A stretch of 64,000 nt of DNA from Candidatus Poribacteria bacterium (GCA_965208675.1 OZ242351.1:416001-480000); one strand, 5' to 3'. Shown: positions 42,096-53,029, counted from the first letter of the stretch. Notes: generated by a model from the sequence alone, not told the origin. Numbers and translations are program-made.

Positions 42096-43277
42096 TCATT
42101 GATTGCAAAAGTTTGTAATCAATTGCAATGCGCCGTTATCCTCAGCCTCTAACGTGATTTCGTCAAGACGAATCTCGCGCCTTTCTTGCGCTGAAAGATA
42201 AGACGCAAGAATGTAGCGTTTAATCTCCATGGCATTCTCACCCGAGTAAATCGGTTCTTCGCCCTCAATGATTGACTCTATGAAATGGCGGGTGCTTGCC
42301 ACAAAAGATGTGGACCAGTTACGCTCAGCCAACGATATGTCCGCCAAATAGGAATCCACTCTACCGTCAATGAATACCGCTATCGGTGGAAACACCGGGC
42401 TAGAAGACATATTGAAATTTTTGTACATCTCTCGATTTCCGGCGGCATCGCACTGGTTAATCCACATTATCCCTTTATCCCCAACGATTTCAACAAAATC
42501 ATCAAGCCAAAAATTGGAAGGTATTGACATTTGGGGAGAAAACGTGAAGTCAATCTGCGCGTATTTTGGGGATTCGTCGGGCGCGGTGCGAAATTTCGCA
42601 CGGATGAACGCGGGCGCGTCCAAACGTGTATCCGGGTCGATCCAACAGTCCACCGTTTCAAAATCTCGTTCCATAAACCATCTGACGACCGAGAATCGGT
42701 GAAATCCGTGATCGCCAATCAGTGGTCCGGACCCAGCCGTTTCAAGATTTCCCCGCCAGCTTGAAGCAGACCACGCCGACGGCCATTCGATGCCTCCTCG
42801 GATGCCTACCATCGTGCACGAACGTATGGTAAGCAATTCGCCAATTAAGCCGCCGTCAATCAACTCCTTGGCTTTGCTATAGATTGGATAGAACAACACA
42901 TTTTCAAAAACCCTGAGTTTTGCCCCGTTTGCCCGGCATGCCTCAATCATCCGGTTTGCCTCACGCAGATTAAGCCCCATCGGTTTCTGAACGCTGATGT
43001 TTTTCACCTTCGCCTCGGCGGCTTTCAACACCATAGGGCAATGCAGATTGTGCGGGGTCAAAATTTCAATGAGGTCTATCTTTTCCCGCTGGAGCATGTC
43101 TTCCAAGTTTGTATATAGCGCCACCTCGTATGGCAAATTCCATTTCCGCAACCGAGCTAGCGCTGTTTCCTTATCAATATCAGCCGCAGCGACAATTTTG
43201 GCATCCTCGTTGCCGATGTAACCCAACACGTGTTCGTCGCTTATAAATCCGAGACCGGCAAATCCAACCTTCAACAC
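42096..43277 (-). CDS. Gfo/Idh/MocA family oxidoreductase
   Basis: 'VGFAGLGFI', 'ILTPHNLH', 'VQKPM', 'GPLIGDHGFH'. Confidence 0.88.
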   Translation of the reverse strand: MLKVGFAGLGFISDEHVLGYIGNEDAKIVAAADIDKETALARLRKWNLPYEVALYTNLEDMLQREKIDLIEILTPHNLHCPMVLKAAEAKVKNISVQKPMGLNLREANRMIEACRANGAKLRVFENVLFYPIYSKAKELIDGGLIGELLTIRSCTMVGIRGGIEWPSAWSASSWRGNLETAGSGPLIGDHGFHRFSVVRWFMERDFETVDCWIDPDTRLDAPAFIRAKFRTAPDESPKYAQIDFTFSPQMSIPSNFWLDDFVEIVGDKGIMWINQCDAAGNREMYKNFNMSSSPVFPPIAVFIDGRVDSYLADISLAERNWSTSFVASTRHFIESIIEGEEPIYSGENAMEIKRYILASYLSAQERREIRLDEITLEAEDNGALQLITNFCNQ

Positions 43278-43347
43278 AGTCGTTTCACCTTTTTATCAGT
43301 TGTTGCAACTCTTTTTATGATTGCCGCGCGGCATATCGGACATCAAA

Positions 43348-44238
43348 TTACGGAATTCGGTATTTATCGTAAAAAGCGCGATAATCTTGAAGCCCGAGCA
43401 CTTCATAGAATTCGTCATCTGTGGAAATGTGATCGGCGATCTCATTCCAATCTCCTGTTTCATACAGTTTCTTTAGACCGTCCAACAAACCTCTTACATA
43501 CATATACAGCGTCGCAATCGAACCTATCGTCATCGCGTACCCAGTTCGTTCGAACTCTTTAATCGCAATTGGCTCCATCGGAGCAAAAAGACCGACCCGC
43601 AGCCCCTTTATGCGTTTAGCAAAATATTCCATCTCACCCACGTTTAGCGCCATAAGCATAATACCGTCCGCACCCGCGTCGACATAGGCGTTGCTCCGCT
43701 CGACGACATCTTCAATCATATTCTTCTTGTAATACGTTTCGAGCGGAACCGTCCCGATTGTGTCACATCGTGCGATAATCAGAAAATCGGGGTCCTGGCG
43801 TGCATCAACAGCTGCCTCAATTTTGCCGCACATTTCGTCTACCGAAATAAGCTGGTTGCGGGGGATGCCGGGTAGAAACGGGCACTTGCAAGGAAGCTGT
43901 TCGTCGTCAATGTGAATCCCTGCAACGCCGGCATCCTCAAAATCTCGAATTGAATCCATGACACTTATGGCGTTACCGTATCCTTCCTCCATGTCAGCAA
44001 TCACCGGAACATCTACTGCTTTGACAACATTGCGAACGAGTAGAAGGCGCTCGGTTTTGGACATGAGCGCCAAATCCGGTTTGCCCAAAAATGAGGCTTC
44101 AGTGGAATAGCTGCCAACATACACAGCGTCAAAACCTGCCCGTTGAACTAACAATCCCGACAGAGCGTCTTGGGCGCCGACCCCAACAACCGTCTTGCCC
44201 TCGTTAATCATTTTGCGCAGTTTTGCAGTTTTTTTCAT
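43348..44238 (-). CDS. Isocitrate lyase/PEP mutase superfamily enzyme
   Basis: 'AGFDAVYVGSY', 'LGKPD', 'PVIADMEEGYG', 'LIIARCD', 'YVDAGAD'. Confidence 0.9.
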   Translation of the reverse strand: MKKTAKLRKMINEGKTVVGVGAQDALSGLLVQRAGFDAVYVGSYSTEASFLGKPDLALMSKTERLLLVRNVVKAVDVPVIADMEEGYGNAISVMDSIRDFEDAGVAGIHIDDEQLPCKCPFLPGIPRNQLISVDEMCGKIEAAVDARQDPDFLIIARCDTIGTVPLETYYKKNMIEDVVERSNAYVDAGADGIMLMALNVGEMEYFAKRIKGLRVGLFAPMEPIAIKEFERTGYAMTIGSIATLYMYVRGLLDGLKKLYETGDWNEIADHISTDDEFYEVLGLQDYRAFYDKYRIP

Positions 44239-44328
44239 AATACCCTCAACGCAGATTATTGTTCGTAAATCAAGTATTGCCTGATTCGCAATACGCGAAA
44301 TTTACGGTTCATATTATCGCTGAGGTTC

Positions 44329-44356
44329 ATTATATCATAGACACCAATTTTGTCAA
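44329..44356 (-). promoter_or_regulatory. Consensus sigma70 promoter TTGACA-N16-TATAAT with extended -10 (TGn)
   Basis: Perfect hexamers on the minus strand, about 90 bp upstream of the 44238 start. Confidence 0.65.
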
Positions 44357-44528
44357 TTTTTTCTCCAGTAACGATTCTTTATCCAAAAGAGGACGTTGCT
44401 AGATGGAGACGTTAGCTATCGAAAATGACGGACGGCAACTGATTGGTTCATGGCAGCGACTATAGCAATTCTCTTTCAATTCGCTGGGTATTCCAGCCAT
44501 GCAATTTTTTCTCAGGTTCAAGGTCATA

Positions 44529-44558
44529 TTGACATTATTCTCAATTCAAGTGTATACT
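44529..44558 (+). promoter_or_regulatory. sigma70-type promoter TTGACA-N18-TATACT facing the defence island
   Basis: Near-consensus hexamers, divergent from the 44329-44356 promoter. Confidence 0.45.
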
Positions 44559-44654
44559 AAACAGCAATCAATTAGTGTGTGCGAGTCAATAACAACTATG
44601 GTTCGCCGATATTGTCTTTGGAAATTCTATTTGTACAGATCTGATCTAAAACTG

Positions 44655-44671
44655 ATAGGACTTACGCAGTT
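44655..44671. repeat. ATAGGACTTACGCAGTT dispersed repeat end
   Basis: Inverted copy at 56063-56079 (16/17); direct variant at 55895-55911; partial copies at 20679-20691 and 36207-36229. Confidence 0.7.
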
Positions 44672-44952
44672 GGGCAGACACAAGGGTTGCGCCTTGCTAC
44701 GCCTAATCCTAAAAGTCCGCGATTCAGACAAAAAATCCAAAATATGTGATATTTTGTGAGGTTTTGTGATTTCCGTTGAAGATCCATCAAATTTCAAAAC
44801 CCTTTAAACCCGCATAATAAGCGGATTTCAGCCCAATCTCGTGTGAACCGTTTCTCACGTCACAGACACCTCACAAAATGTGACATGATGTGATATTTTT
44901 GAGGTTTTTTTGATGTTCAACATAGAATCCGGCAGATTTCTATCCAATCAAA

Positions 44953-45031
44953 CTATAGCCATTGCCACTAAAAATTATACATTTAGTCATTGGTCTGTGG
45001 GAGAGGCTTCCTAGCCTCGATTATCAATCAG
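44953..45031 (+). repeat. Left 79-bp terminal inverted repeat
   Basis: 74/79 identical to the reverse complement of 55553-55631 (manual alignment); contains the hairpin GAGGCT-TCCT-AGCCTC. Confidence 0.92.
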
Positions 45032-45036
45032 TTTTC

Positions 45037-45296
45037 GTAGGTTGGGTTAAGCGGTGTTAACGAATAAATGTAGGTAATTCGCATGCGATTCGTGCTTTGA
45101 TTGCATTAGAAATTATGATTGATATAGCGTAACCCAACACTTTTTATGAATTGCGAAGTGTTTAGTTGACCGGAGGTGGTTGGGAATTCGAAAAACGTTG
45201 GGTTACGCTTCATCCATCAAATCCCGAAGGCGGTTAACCTGCCGAGCGATTCGTTATAATGAACATCATTCGTATAATCCGCTTAACCCAACCTAC
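45037..45296. repeat. GTAG-type REP doublet (REPIN/MITE-like), 260 bp
   Basis: Perfect 18-bp outer IR GTAGGTTGGGTTAAGCGG (45037-45054 / 45279-45296) and perfect 13-bp inner IR (45126-45138 / 45197-45209); a further half-copy at 55471. Confidence 0.8.
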
Positions 45297-45377
45297 AAAA
45301 GCTATTGGAAAATCCTCCGTCTTGCTAAAGGGGAGCTAGAAGGGGGTCAGGTACTTTTCACCTCGCAGAAGATAAAA

Positions 45378-48300
45378 ATGAACTTATCCAAAGACAAAAT
45401 CAAGAGCGCCCTACAGCACTTCACCAACGGCGATCTCGCCGACAACGCCCGCAATCTCCTCAACACCCTCGGCTACCGCAGCCAAAGGACGCTATCCCTC
45501 GAACCGAACACCGTCGACGGCTTTATTGTGCACTTCGATCCACATAATGCGATGAACCGGGAACGCGGGCTGTTGAGTGAGTGGGCGTCCATCGACTTCC
45601 TTTTTCAACTGACAGACGACGAAATCATACAGAGCGCTCAAGCTAAGTTGAACTTCGAAGGCAACGCTGTCGATCAGCACCGTTATGAATCTTACCTCCT
45701 TTTTGCCCTGAATCTCCAGAATCGCGGCTACACCCGCACCCAACTATCGGACATCGTCCGCGAAATCAACAAATTGCTCATGATACCCGCCATGGTCATC
45801 TTCCAGCACGGCGATGCCCTTACCTTCGCCGTAATCGACCGCCGGTTGCACAAGCGCGACGAGTCCAAAGATGTCCTCGAGAAAGTGACGCTCATCAAAG
45901 ACATCGTCTTCGCCGACCCCCACCGTGCCCACATCGACATCCTGTTCGACCTGTCGCTCAGTGAACTGCACCGCCAGCATGGTTTCACGGATTTCCCGGC
46001 GCTGCATGAAGCTTGGAAAAAGACTCTCGACACCGAGTTGCTCAACAAGCAGTTTTACCAAAGGTTGTACAATTGGTTTGGACGGGCGGTCAAGGAGTCG
46101 AAATTTCCCCTAAAAGAGAAGCGCTTATTGAAACCCGAACAGCATGTCATCCGCTTAATCACGCGCTTGCTTTTCGTCTGGTTTATTAAGGAGAAAAGAC
46201 TGATTGCGGACGAACTATTCGACGAAAGCGAAGTTGTTCCCTTGCTGAAGGACTACAACCGCAATACCGGCGATTCCTACTACCGTGCTGTGTTACAAAA
46301 CCTGTTTTTCGCCACGCTGAACACCGAAATAGCGAAGCGTGAGTTTAGCACGGAGAAAAACGCTACGCATCGCAACTTTTCGCGGTATCGTTACAAAAGC
46401 CAAATCAACAATCCCGATAAACTGCTGGAACTGTTCGCCCAAACGCCGTTCATCAACGGCGGGTTGTTCGACTGTTTGGACAGTGAGGAAGCCACAGAAG
46501 GCGGCGGCTACCGCATCGACTGTTTTTCGGATAGACACTACAAGCGTTTGAGTATTCCCAACCGTCTCTTCTTCGACGAGGACGACGGTCTGTTTCCCCT
46601 GCTGAAACACTACAAGTTCACCGTTGAGGAAAACACGCCGATTGAGCAAGAGGTCGCGCTGGACCCCGAACTTCTCGGCAAGGTGTTTGAGAACCTACTG
46701 GCGGCATACAATCCGGAAACCGGTGAGTCTGCCCGCAAACAGACCGGCTCTTACTACACCCCGCGCCCCATCGTGGATTACATGGTGGAGGAAGCATTAG
46801 TAGCCACGCTGGTGCAACAGGTAAACCCATCGGACGGAGATGTGAATTTGTGGGAGGAGCGCGTGCACTATCTGCTAGATTATGCGACAGCATTCGACGA
46901 TGCGAATGAATGGTTTGATGACGATGAGAAAGGCGAGCTTGTACGAGCAATTTCAGAACTCAAGATACTCGACCCCGCAGTCGGTTCCGGCGCGTTTCCG
47001 ATGGGTGTGCTGCACAAACTGACTCTCGCCCTCCGGCGGCTTGATCCGGATAACAGGCACTGGGAACTGTTGCAGCGGGAACGAGCAATACAACGGGCAG
47101 AAGTGGCATTTGATACGAAAGACGACAAGACACGGCGCGAGGAACTCGTCGAAATTGACGAAACCTTCAAACGGTATCGGGATTCGGATTTCGGACGGAA
47201 GTTGTACCTGATTCAGAACAGTATTTTCGGCGTAGACATTCAATCCATTGCTTGCCAAATCGCCAAACTCCGTTTCTTCATCTCCCTTGCCATCGAACAG
47301 ATGCCTGATAAAGATTCAGAGAATTTCGGCATCAAGCCGTTGCCGAATCTGGAGACGCGCTTTGTTGCCGCGAATGCGCTAATCGGTCTCAAAGGTGAAG
47401 GAACCCTTACAAGTCCCAAAGCGAAGGCTTTAGAACAAGCATTGGCAGAAAACCGCGAGCGGCATTTCCACGCAACGACACGTCCGCAAAAACTGGCGTG
47501 TAAACGCAAAGACATAAAGTTGCGGCGAGAATTAGCAGCGGATTTAAGGCATATCGGTATGCCTGACGATGATGCGGCACGAATCGTCCATTGGGACCCT
47601 TACGACCAGAGTGCAAGCACGGATTGGTTTGATTCGGAATGGATGTTTGGTGTCAAAGACGGTTTTGATGTCGTAATCGGTAATCCGCCTTATAAGCAAG
47701 TAAGAAAAGGCGCTCACTCCGATCAGCTGTTTCCGTATTTCGGAGGGCAAAGACAAAGGGAAGCAGAATCTCTACAAGCTTTTTGTGGAGCAGTCATACA
47801 ACCTTTGCGGACAGAGTGGCATCGCCACCTTAATCGTGCAAAGCAGCTTAATGTGTGATTTATCCTCTGCTGCCACCCGCGAATTGTTACTCACACGGAC
47901 TTGTTTGAACCATTGCCTTGAGTTTCCTAAAACCGCAAAGTCACCAGATACGCAAGTATTTACTTCTGTTTGGCAGGGGACTTGCATTTATCAGTTTGCC
48001 AAATCGGAACCTGATGGCAAGCCGGTTAACATCTCGGTAGGCAACGACACCCGCTCGATAGAGAATCCACGATTTGCTCCAATCACAAAGGATGAAATCT
48101 TAACGTTGTACCCGGATTTGAAATGTCTCCCACACATCAAAGAGGGTAGCATTTCCATACTAAAAAAACTAGCTGCTAGCAAAGCAATAAAACCACTGCA
48201 TGAATTTGTCTTAGGTATCAGACAAGGCGACATTAACCTTGCCACACACAAGCGTTATTTCTCTCCATCTCCTACAAAGGTGCGCCTCTTACGTGGGAGG

Positions 48301-48819
48301 CATGTGGCGCGTTACACGGTTCATTACAATGCGGCAACCGAATACCTTGAAGAAGGATTTATGTCCGAAATGGTTAGGGATAACCGAAATAAAGTTTTCT
48401 TGATTTCTCAGGAAGTCACTGGGACAGTTGACCCTCGCCGCTTGCATTTCGCGCTAGCAGAAAACCCACCGGTAGATATTCTATGGGGACACTCTACAAA
48501 CAAGACATTGTTGAAGAATCAAAAAGACAGTGCTGCATTGATGACATTGCTCAACTCCAAATTTATGGATTGGTATTTTCGCATCACTTCAACAAATAAT
48601 CATGTGCAGGGTTACGAATTGAAACAGCTTCCAATGCCGTTAATGTCTGATACACACCTTGAATACCTCAACAATCTAGCAATGCAAATCATGGAAGCCA
48701 AACGTACCGCATCAGACGCGGACGCAACCGCGCTTGAAAATGAAATTGATTGGGTGGTATACTCCTTATACAATCTTACGCCCGACGAAATCGCCATTGT
48801 GGAGGACACAACAGGGTAA
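45378..48819 (+). pseudogene. Type IIG/Eco57I-like N6-adenine DNA methyltransferase (RM fusion) split by a +1 frameshift at 47738-47740
   Basis: Motif I 'ILDPAVGSGAF' and motif IV 'VIGNPPY'. Removing one T from TATTTCG joins …LFPY to SEGKDKGKQNLYKLFVEQ and the TaqI_C-like TRD ('LLNSK…WYF', 'EIDWVVYSLYNLTPDEIAIVE'). Confidence 0.85.
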
Positions 48820-48916
48820 ATGGTCTGAATCGCAAATTAAGCGGGGCAGATTTGAGATGAACTATCGGACAATGAGGCCCACGTCACTGAAAATTGAAGG
48901 CAGGAGGCGAAAAATC

Positions 48917-51900
48917 ATGAATCCCAAAGAAACTTCTCTTATTTTAGCATTGGAAAATATTGATGCCGCGTCGTTACACGGTCTTTGTGATGATTTGGTT
49001 TTTGCCGGTGCACTTATACCAAATCTAAAGGGTAAGCTAATTCGTCCCAAGGGCTGGAATCCCGGAAAACACCATACAATCCCTTCGCCGGCAGATAGCC
49101 TTATTGAGTTGGACGACGGTGTGTGTGTTTTGGAATACAGCCGGCGGAAAGATTGGGATAATAAACTCAAAGATGATGTAGAATCTATCAAACAATGGGA
49201 GGAGCAGACGAGCCAAAAACTAGCTCGGTTTGTCTTCATCACGACGAGGGACATCGGAAACCGGAAGATTGGTAGGCGCGGTGAAGATAAACTCCCACCT
49301 GAAGAATATATCAGAAAAAAGTTTCCTCATTTAAATATTCGAGCGTATGTAATCGGTCAAAAAGACTTACTCGTTCCCCTGCAGAATAGCGATTATTTCT
49401 ATATACGGAGACGGCGGCTAAATATCCCCGAAGATTATTTCCTGTCGCTCGAATCTTTTAAATCATGTCACTTCAATCAAGCCCAAGACCGTCGCATATA
49501 TCTAAAATCCTACATTCAAGGAACTGGTCGTGCAGAGAGAATTAAGGCGCTTGAAAACTTTGTTAGTCAGACCGATGCAAGGGTACAACTGATTCACGCT
49601 CAGGGTGGCATGGGCAAAACACGGTTCGTGCTGGAATCCCTTAAACGGCTAGAGAAACAACATCCAAACATCGACATATTGTTTAACAAAAGACGAAAGT
49701 ATGTGAGCGTTGATGAAGTTATTCCCGAAATTTCGTCAGATCGGGAAAGTTTGATTGTGCTCGACGATGCGCACCTCATTGACAATCTGACGGATTTTTC
49801 AAACATTCTATCAGAGAGGGTGCACACGAAAATTATTCTCGTTACCCGCTCAACGGCAAGCGAGTCTGTCAAGCGGTCCATAGGGTACCCTATGGAAGAA
49901 ATAGAACTGACTCCGCTCGAACGGGACGCTTCAATTGAATTGCTAAAAGGTAATCTGGAAACACCGCTTCGAGACGAATACTTGAGATACGCCGCTGATA
50001 TATGTGACGGAAATCCACTTCTGATTGGAATCACCGCCCACCTAATCAACAAGGGGGAAATTCAATCGTTTGGCGACCTTAAGAAAAATGACTTAATTGG
50101 AGACTACCTTAAGAACATTCTCGCCGAGTTAAAACAACAAAATAGGTTAGATCGAACGATTTATGAACCGTATCTGGCTTTGCTGTACCTATTAAAGCCT
50201 TTCGCTACTAGTGATAATGAAACCAAATCTTTAATAAGATCTTTCCCTTTCTTGGAAATCAATAAACCTCAGGAAGGAGTTCTGCTCAGAGACCTTGAAC
50301 AGTGCGCAGTATTGGAGCGCCATGGAGACACGCTATGGTTGTACCCGGATCTATTGGGGGAGTATATGGTCGAAATGACCTTTTTCTCAGACATTTCGAT
50401 TCTAGATTTTGATGACATTTTTCCAGACATACCTTCATCGAATATGAAAAGTGTTTTCAAAACACTCCGCGATTTAGGCAATAGTAAAGCAGATTTGTTT
50501 CTCAAGCGTTGGTCTGATAATCTGGAAGATAAAGTCGGATCCCAGAATAATTTTGAGCTTTGCGAAAATCTTGACCTATTAGAAATTATTGTCCCAAATG
50601 TGGCAGATGAGGCGCTCCAGATAATTGATGTCTTGCTCAGACCAGAGAGCGAAAAGCCGCCTTCCACAAACGAAATACTAGGGTTGGCTACAACAACACG
50701 AAAGTATCGGGCTGTTCTGAGCCGGTGCCTGAGAATCTTGGAGAGCCATAGGCTCAGATACAATCATTTTGATGACACTTTAGAAATGGTTCTCAGAATC
50801 TATTTTTATAAGCCCGAAAGTGAAGAATATTCCGTGTTGCGAAAGGACGCTCTTGAAGCCATTGCTAAAACCGCCGCCTATAACTTGAACGTGGTGGAGG
50901 CTGGTTACGGGTATTCAATACAGACACGGATGTTTGAGAGGGTTCGGGCGTGGAAACAGGAAAATTTAGAGAAAAACTTCACACTTATCCTCCGTGTGTG
51001 TGGGACGCTATTGGGAACAGAGATAAAGAGTCAATACTCGGATTATGAAGGGATTGGCTGGACATCTGCGCCCGTACTTATCACGGACGAGTTAATCCGT
51101 TTGAGGCGAGATATTATTTCGCTGCTTCAGTCGATATTTGATGGAGTCCTAGACAGTCGCCAGCGGGTTGAAGTCCTTGACGTATTGAATTGCGCAATCT
51201 CCCCGTCAGTGATGCACTACAATGCGAAGATGAGCGTAATGATTCGAGACAACGCCAACACAATCATCAATTACTACCTCGATCTTATTAATCATACCTC
51301 ACCCCTGGAGGCACAAGTTCTTGAAAAAATGGAGCAACAAGCACATCACCTAAAGGTGTGGCACGAGGAAGATATCCAAGTCATGAACGTTGTCAATCAA
51401 TTGCTATCTGTACTCCAATCGCACGCGCCGTATCAACTGTTCAGAACTTTAGCCGTCGACGATTCGTTGTTTTCGCGAGATGACGGAAAAAATTACGAAC
51501 AGATTCAAACCGAGAAAGATCAGAGAATTAAGGAAATCGCAGATGGAATAACACATGAAAATCTCAGTGGGTGGTTAGAAGAGCTTAACAAAATCGCAAT
51601 TATTTTGTCGCAGAATTCCGACCAAGATTCTTCGTCTTTTTGCAAACTCTTGTTTGAAATCGGTAAAGACAATCCGCAGACCGCTCAAGCTCTCATTGAC
51701 AATAGTATCCGTGAAAACAATGCTTTGAAGGAGTTCGTTGCTGAATTCATAAGGGGCATTAGGGCATCAACAAGCCCAGATATTGCTAGCAGCTACGTCA
51801 GGCAGTGGCTATCGGGTGAAGATCGGATGTTAATCTTGGAAATTCCGGAAACTTATCGGACTGTAGATGAAAAGTTTTTAGACGCCAAAGATGTAGAAAT

Positions 51901-52846
51901 CTTTGCCCGCTTACTGAATTATAAGATGGGTGATAACGAACACGACCGAAGGCTAAGTATACGCATAATGTCTAATATCAGGTGGGTCTATACTAAGAAC
52001 CCAACGGAGGCAACCGAAATAATCTGTCAGGTCTTCAAGGAGATAGATCAAGACAGCATTTACCGCTGCGTACATGAATTGTGGTGGGCGAGAAATCAGA
52101 TTAACCTGAGCCAGTGGGATTTGACGGATCTCGAGGAGATTCTCAAAACGTTCGAAGATCTTCGTGCGCTGAATAATGATGCTATCTACATTTTGGCTCA
52201 ATATGGTCAAAAAGAACCCTTTGCATTAGTTAAGTTTTTTGAACGTCGTGTAGAGAAACAAACGGAGCATGGCAGTCTCTCGGATTATCGAGCCATTCCG
52301 TCTGGTCCTTATCTTAAGGCGTTTACTAAAGTGTACCAAGCCCATCCCCAGTATTCTGAAGCAATCAACCAAATATTGGAGTGGTTCCAAAAAGATGATT
52401 ATCGTTATGAACAGGCAGCGGCAGACCTGATTTCGGGTATCTCTCCTGAACTTGACGGTCCTCTCAAGGAAACTCTGTTGAACCTGATTAGAAGTGGAGA
52501 TGAGAAAAGTATACTTGCTGTTTTGAAAGTATTAGAAGAATTCCCCGAAGATTCAGCCACGCATGCGCTATACAAAGAGGCTGTAAGGCATTCCGAAGGG
52601 GAAAAAGAACTTCAGAACAAGATTCAGTCTTTGATTATGAGTCGAATCCGCGTACATATAGGAATTGGTGGATCGGTTATAACATTTCAAAAACTGAAGG
52701 AAAAATTTCGTTCATGGCTTGAAGATGACAACCGATGTGTCTGTGATTTTGCCCGAAGAGTCATCCGTCGTTTAGACGACCGTATTGATTTTGAGAAAAA
52801 GTGGACTACGGAAGAGGAGATTAAACGGAAAAAGGGACTACTGTAG
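48917..52846 (+). CDS. Avs-like antiviral STAND NTPase with an N-terminal PD-(D/E)xK-like domain and a long helical C-terminal region
   Basis: RBS AGGAGG before ATG 48917; N-terminus 'LCDDL…PADS…VLEYS…KLKDD'; Walker A 'QGGMGKT', Walker B 'LIVLDDAH', 'ILVTR', STAND GxP motif 'CDGNPLL'. Confidence 0.75.
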   Translation: MNPKETSLILALENIDAASLHGLCDDLVFAGALIPNLKGKLIRPKGWNPGKHHTIPSPADSLIELDDGVCVLEYSRRKDWDNKLKDDVESIKQWEEQTSQKLARFVFITTRDIGNRKIGRRGEDKLPPEEYIRKKFPHLNIRAYVIGQKDLLVPLQNSDYFYIRRRRLNIPEDYFLSLESFKSCHFNQAQDRRIYLKSYIQGTGRAERIKALENFVSQTDARVQLIHAQGGMGKTRFVLESLKRLEKQHPNIDILFNKRRKYVSVDEVIPEISSDRESLIVLDDAHLIDNLTDFSNILSERVHTKIILVTRSTASESVKRSIGYPMEEIELTPLERDASIELLKGNLETPLRDEYLRYAADICDGNPLLIGITAHLINKGEIQSFGDLKKNDLIGDYLKNILAELKQQNRLDRTIYEPYLALLYLLKPFATSDNETKSLIRSFPFLEINKPQEGVLLRDLEQCAVLERHGDTLWLYPDLLGEYMVEMTFFSDISILDFDDIFPDIPSSNMKSVFKTLRDLGNSKADLFLKRWSDNLEDKVGSQNNFELCENLDLLEIIVPNVADEALQIIDVLLRPESEKPPSTNEILGLATTTRKYRAVLSRCLRILESHRLRYNHFDDTLEMVLRIYFYKPESEEYSVLRKDALEAIAKTAAYNLNVVEAGYGYSIQTRMFERVRAWKQENLEKNFTLILRVCGTLLGTEIKSQYSDYEGIGWTSAPVLITDELIRLRRDIISLLQSIFDGVLDSRQRVEVLDVLNCAISPSVMHYNAKMSVMIRDNANTIINYYLDLINHTSPLEAQVLEKMEQQAHHLKVWHEEDIQVMNVVNQLLSVLQSHAPYQLFRTLAVDDSLFSRDDGKNYEQIQTEKDQRIKEIADGITHENLSGWLEELNKIAIILSQNSDQDSSSFCKLLFEIGKDNPQTAQALIDNSIRENNALKEFVAEFIRGIRASTSPDIASSYVRQWLSGEDRMLILEIPETYRTVDEKFLDAKDVEIFARLLNYKMGDNEHDRRLSIRIMSNIRWVYTKNPTEATEIICQVFKEIDQDSIYRCVHELWWARNQINLSQWDLTDLEEILKTFEDLRALNNDAIYILAQYGQKEPFALVKFFERRVEKQTEHGSLSDYRAIPSGPYLKAFTKVYQAHPQYSEAINQILEWFQKDDYRYEQAAADLISGISPELDGPLKETLLNLIRSGDEKSILAVLKVLEEFPEDSATHALYKEAVRHSEGEKELQNKIQSLIMSRIRVHIGIGGSVITFQKLKEKFRSWLEDDNRCVCDFARRVIRRLDDRIDFEKKWTTEEEIKRKKGLL

Positions 52847-52994
52847 GCCTTTCTCATTTCGGAGAAGCACGTACAGATTGAAAGGCTTTGCCGGTAAAAA
52901 CGACAAACCCGAATTGAATCACAGAACCACAGGACTTTCAGCGTTTAACTGCGTTAATCCTAAAAGAAACAGTGCTGTAATGAAAAAACTATGT

Positions 52995-53029
52995 CCGTTT
53001 TTGCGAAACGAACCCAAATCGAAACCAAT
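52995..53029 (+). repeat. CGAAACGAACCCAAATCGAA-containing direct repeat, copy 1
   Basis: 32/35 identical to 55732-55766; both copies are followed downstream by GTGATTCAGACAA. Confidence 0.75.

Noticed and set aside
42048-42098. Possible CxxU read-through at the end of the Gfo/Idh/MocA gene (FCNQ-TGA)
   Set aside because: The domain is already complete and the extension is short and featureless.
44460-44485. Additional CTATAGC element end
   Set aside because: No convincing inverted partner in the window; the similarity near 61741-61760 is too weak.
45180-45377. N-terminal 66-aa extension of the MTase ORF in the track
   Set aside because: It translates through REP repeat DNA; ATG 45378 is the more plausible start.
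48734-48916. N-terminal extension of the STAND ORF
   Set aside because: It overlaps the MTase end and the inverted repeat; a strong AGGAGG RBS precedes ATG 48917.
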